From an uncultured Planctomycetota bacterium (GTDB lineage: Bacteria > Planctomycetota > Planctomycetia > Isosphaerales > Isosphaeraceae): a stretch of DNA of 64,000 nt. The position numbers were made by a program, and so were the translations under genes. The notes beneath the pieces are model-generated. The model had not been told where the DNA came from and searched no databases. It saw nothing but the letters and a program-made list of their open reading frames with translations. The stretch lies in the NCBI GenBank assembly GCA_963845755.1, contig CAWJTV010000042.1, forward strand, positions 224,001 to 288,000, written 5' to 3'. Below, in pieces: positions 61,109 through 64,000 of this stretch (position 1 is its first letter; each line of letters opens with the position of its first letter).

Positions 61109-61642
61109 ATGAGCACGGTACCAACCTCCCCCGCGCAGACCCGAGTGCATATCCGTTGGATGATTCGGCGGGACATGCCCGAGGTCCTCGCAATCGAGCA
61201 TGCGAGCTTCGAATACCCCTGGTGCGAGGAAGAGTTTCTGCGTGTCCTGCGTCAGCGCAATTGCATCGGAATGGTCGCCGAGCATGGAGAGCGGATCGTC
61301 GGCTTCATGATCTATGAGCTGCACCGGAACAAGATCCACGTGCTCGACTTCGCCACTCATCGCGATTGTCGCCGACACGGCGTTGGCCGGCAGATGATGG
61401 GCAAGCTCGTCGGCAAGCTCTCCAGCCAGCGGCGAAACCGCATCGCTCTCTATGTCCGGGAGACCAACCTCGCTGCCCAGTTGTTCTTCCGGGTCTCGGG
61501 CTTCCGGGCCTCCGAAGTGGTTCGCGAGCATTACCTCGACACGGGAGAAGACGCTTATCTCATGAGTTATCATCTGGATGAATCCATGCTGGAGGAGGAA
61601 CGGGTCTCGACCAACCGGATCGCAAGACAGTACGGTGCCTAG
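61109..61642 (+). CDS. rimI: Ribosomal protein S18 alanine N-acetyltransferase (GNAT)
   Basis: AGGAGG RBS; IRWM...D..EV..IE..SF..PW, RR.GVGR and VRETN..AQ.F....GF......R.HY...EDA.LM. Confidence 0.88.
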   Translation: MSTVPTSPAQTRVHIRWMIRRDMPEVLAIEHASFEYPWCEEEFLRVLRQRNCIGMVAEHGERIVGFMIYELHRNKIHVLDFATHRDCRRHGVGRQMMGKLVGKLSSQRRNRIALYVRETNLAAQLFFRVSGFRASEVVREHYLDTGEDAYLMSYHLDESMLEEERVSTNRIARQYGA

Positions 61643-61983
61643 CGGATCCGGCGGACCAATCGGAGCGCGGAGGAGAAACGATCCGGACCTTGCCGGTCCA
61701 GGACGAGGGAGTCGGGACCGAATGCGGACCACGGTCGGCGGCTGTTCAAGTCGTCAACCGTGGTCCTTGGCTTGTAACGACGCGTCAGGTTCTGCGGGCC
61801 GGGTGCTAGCCCGGCGGCCGTCGATAGCGAATAATGATTGATGCGCGAACCTCACCGAGAGCTTGCAATATGGAATCGATGCGCATGGGACTTCATGCCG
61901 CGGGTGCGGACTCCAAGGGCACGATGAATCGGTTGGGAATCGGAAACGTTGCGGAGATGCCAGGATCCTCCCCCATCGGCGAC

Positions 61984-63047
61984 ATGGCAGATCAGCCTAC
62001 GAGTAGCGAATCCGACACGAAGTCCGCGCTTCCGGATCCGCACCCGGCTGAGGTGACTCACGGCAAGGAAGTTCGGGACGTCGCCCGGGCACTGGCGGCG
62101 TTCGCTCCAAGATTGGGATGGGGGTTGCTGAGTTTGGGACTCCTCTCGGGGCTCGCCCGCGCGCTCGCGCCGGCGGCGGTCGAGTCGCCGACCTGGTCGG
62201 TGTGGGCCGTCGCGGTCGCAAACGGCGTGAGCCTGGGCCTGGCCCTCGGTCTCTCCGGCTGGATTCTGGGGTTGCTCTGTAAGGTGGTCGCGGCCCTCCT
62301 CATCGAACACGTCGATCGGTCGGCGAGCGGCTCGTGGGAGTTGATCGCGGAGCTGAGACGTGTCACGGCCTTGCTAGAGCGATGGATCGAGGTCGGGGGA
62401 TGGCCACGGGAGCCTGCGGTTTCCCAGGGTCCTTCTTCCATCGACCGGACGAGGCGGTTGGCCGAAATCGACCGGGCCCGGCGACTCCGGGTCCTGGGAC
62501 GAAGCGGCGTTGCTCCTCGACGAATTCCAGGAGGCGGTTCCCGGCGACCCGATCATCGCGGAGATGCGGGAACAACTCGATGCCGGCCGTCGCCAGACGA
62601 TCCTGGGAAAGCTGGCTCAGCTCGACGCGGCGCCACCAGGTGAATGACCCGGCCCGGGTCATCGAGTTGTACCTGGGAGTCACCACGTCACTTGAGGACG
62701 AGCAGCGCGGGACCCTGGAGCGCGACCTGGCGAAGTGGTTCCTCGGGCTGATTCAGCGACGGCTGCGGAGCGGCAAGATCCAGCCGGAGGTGGTGTCGCT
62801 GGCGACGCAGGTCGCGGAGACGTTCGCGGGCACGGTCGAAGGGGCCAGCATGCGCGCCGCCTTGCCGACGCTTCGCCGCAGCGTTGGCTTGTGCCCGCGA
62901 TGCGCCCGGCCGTATACGGGGCCCGGCGACGCGTGTCCCGTGTGCCTGGGGACGGCCAAGGGGATCCCTGCCGGGCCGACTTCCGAGCCGACGGGGAGCC
63001 CTCTTGATGCACAGGGTGCCGGTTTCCCGCCCGAGCCGGGGCGTTGA
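61984..63047 (+). CDS. Hypothetical membrane protein with a C-terminal Zn ribbon; apparent frameshifts near 62485 and 62630
   Basis: Two TM helices in frame 61834; helical middle in a second frame; LRRSVGLCPRC..PYTG...ACPVC in frame 62334. Confidence 0.6.
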
Positions 63048-63201
63048 GGGTCCGTTTGGACCTACTGAAACGGTCGTGCGTACGATAACCCGACCGGGGT
63101 CGCTTGACGCGGCGACGGGCGTCGGCTAGGGATGAATGTGGAGCAAGTTCGCATCGCACCACACCGTGACGTCTCTGTCGGGTATCCGAAAGGACGGGTC
63201 C

Positions 63202-64000
63202 ATGTTCCGCCGTGTCTTGCCGATCTGGGTCATGCTCTCGATCATCGCCGGTTCCTCAGCCCGGGCACAGTCGCCCTTCCCGAGGAATCTCGTCCCGTCG
63301 CGAACCTCGCTCGAACGGCTGGGGCTGGAGCGTCAATGGTTCGTCGTGGTGCCGCTGGTGGAGACCGAGCGGCTGCTCCGGATCAGTCGCACGGACACGC
63401 TCCTGTTCGCCCAGACCAGCTACGCCAAACTGCACGCCTACGATGCCGAGACGGGCCGGCGGCTCTGGACGGCCCAACTCGGCGAGCGAACGGGATTCGC
63501 GCGGGGCGACCGCCAACTCGTGGGCCGTCTTCGTGACCAACGCGAACACGCTCTACTCGCTCGACCGCGCGACCGGACGGCCGATGTGGACGACCAACCT
63601 CGGTACGATCCCGACGAGCCCTCCCGCCTGCAATGAGTCCCGCGTCTGGGTCGGCATGACCAACGGGCTGTTGATAGGGTTCTCGCTCAAGCGGGCCGAC
63701 TCCAAGGGGAACGAGTCCATCCGCAACACGCCGTACCCGCTCCCGAGCTGGCACGCCGGTCAGACGATCTCCACGCGCCCCCTGCCGGCGGAGAACATAC
63801 TCGCATTCGGCGGCGGAGATTCAAAGACTTACGTCGTGATGGCCGATGAGCCCACGGTCTTATTCCGCATCCCGACCGGTGGCGCGATCGGTGAGGGCCT
63901 GGGCTCCTATGGGACGCGCACCCTGCTGATCCCTTCCGCCGACTTCGTCGTGTATGCCGCGGACCTGCTCACGTCCGACCTGCTCTGGACCTTTGCGTCC
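63202..64000 (+). CDS. Exported PQQ-like beta-propeller (BamB-like) protein; apparent frameshift near 63508; runs off the window
   Basis: Signal peptide (..SSARA-Q); repeats LHAYDAETGRRLWT, LYSLDRATGRPMWT and VYAADLLTSDLLWT. Confidence 0.8.

Overview
A GC-rich chromosomal segment from a planctomycete, most like the Isosphaeraceae. The assignment is inferred from an ECF sigma/Ser-Thr kinase/WD40 module, LEPRxLL-type extracellular proteins, a PVC-type CxxCH protein and a DUF1571-like protein. Most of the window is housekeeping and envelope genes: prpB, ribBA, rplU, nrdJ, an S46 peptidase, msrA, ltaE, nfi, mlaE/mlaD-like genes, flgM, a GspE/PilB ATPase, a Fur-family regulator, a PPIase, GH15, csrA and rimI. 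One complete ISKra4-family element is present (34530-36269), with perfect 19-bp inverted repeats, a 9-bp target duplication and a T7 slippery site. Several families of REP-like intergenic palindromes also occur. About a dozen genes carry single-base frameshifts, which look like long-read assembly errors rather than decay. The best candidates for something new are: (1) a compact cassette of a macro domain, a stand-alone ParB/sulfiredoxin-fold protein and a coupled Zn-ribbon protein (846-2453); (2) a promoter-to-terminator structured RNA of about 125 nt (48170-48293); (3) a sigma28-promoted flgM upstream of a pilus/secretion ATPase with no flagellar structural genes in view; (4) a GGA-rich strand next to csrA; (5) recurrent TCGAC>TCAAC/GTTGA changes at conserved residues that may reveal a DNA methylation motif. 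No rRNA, tRNA or CRISPR array was recognised. All calls are by eye, without database searches.
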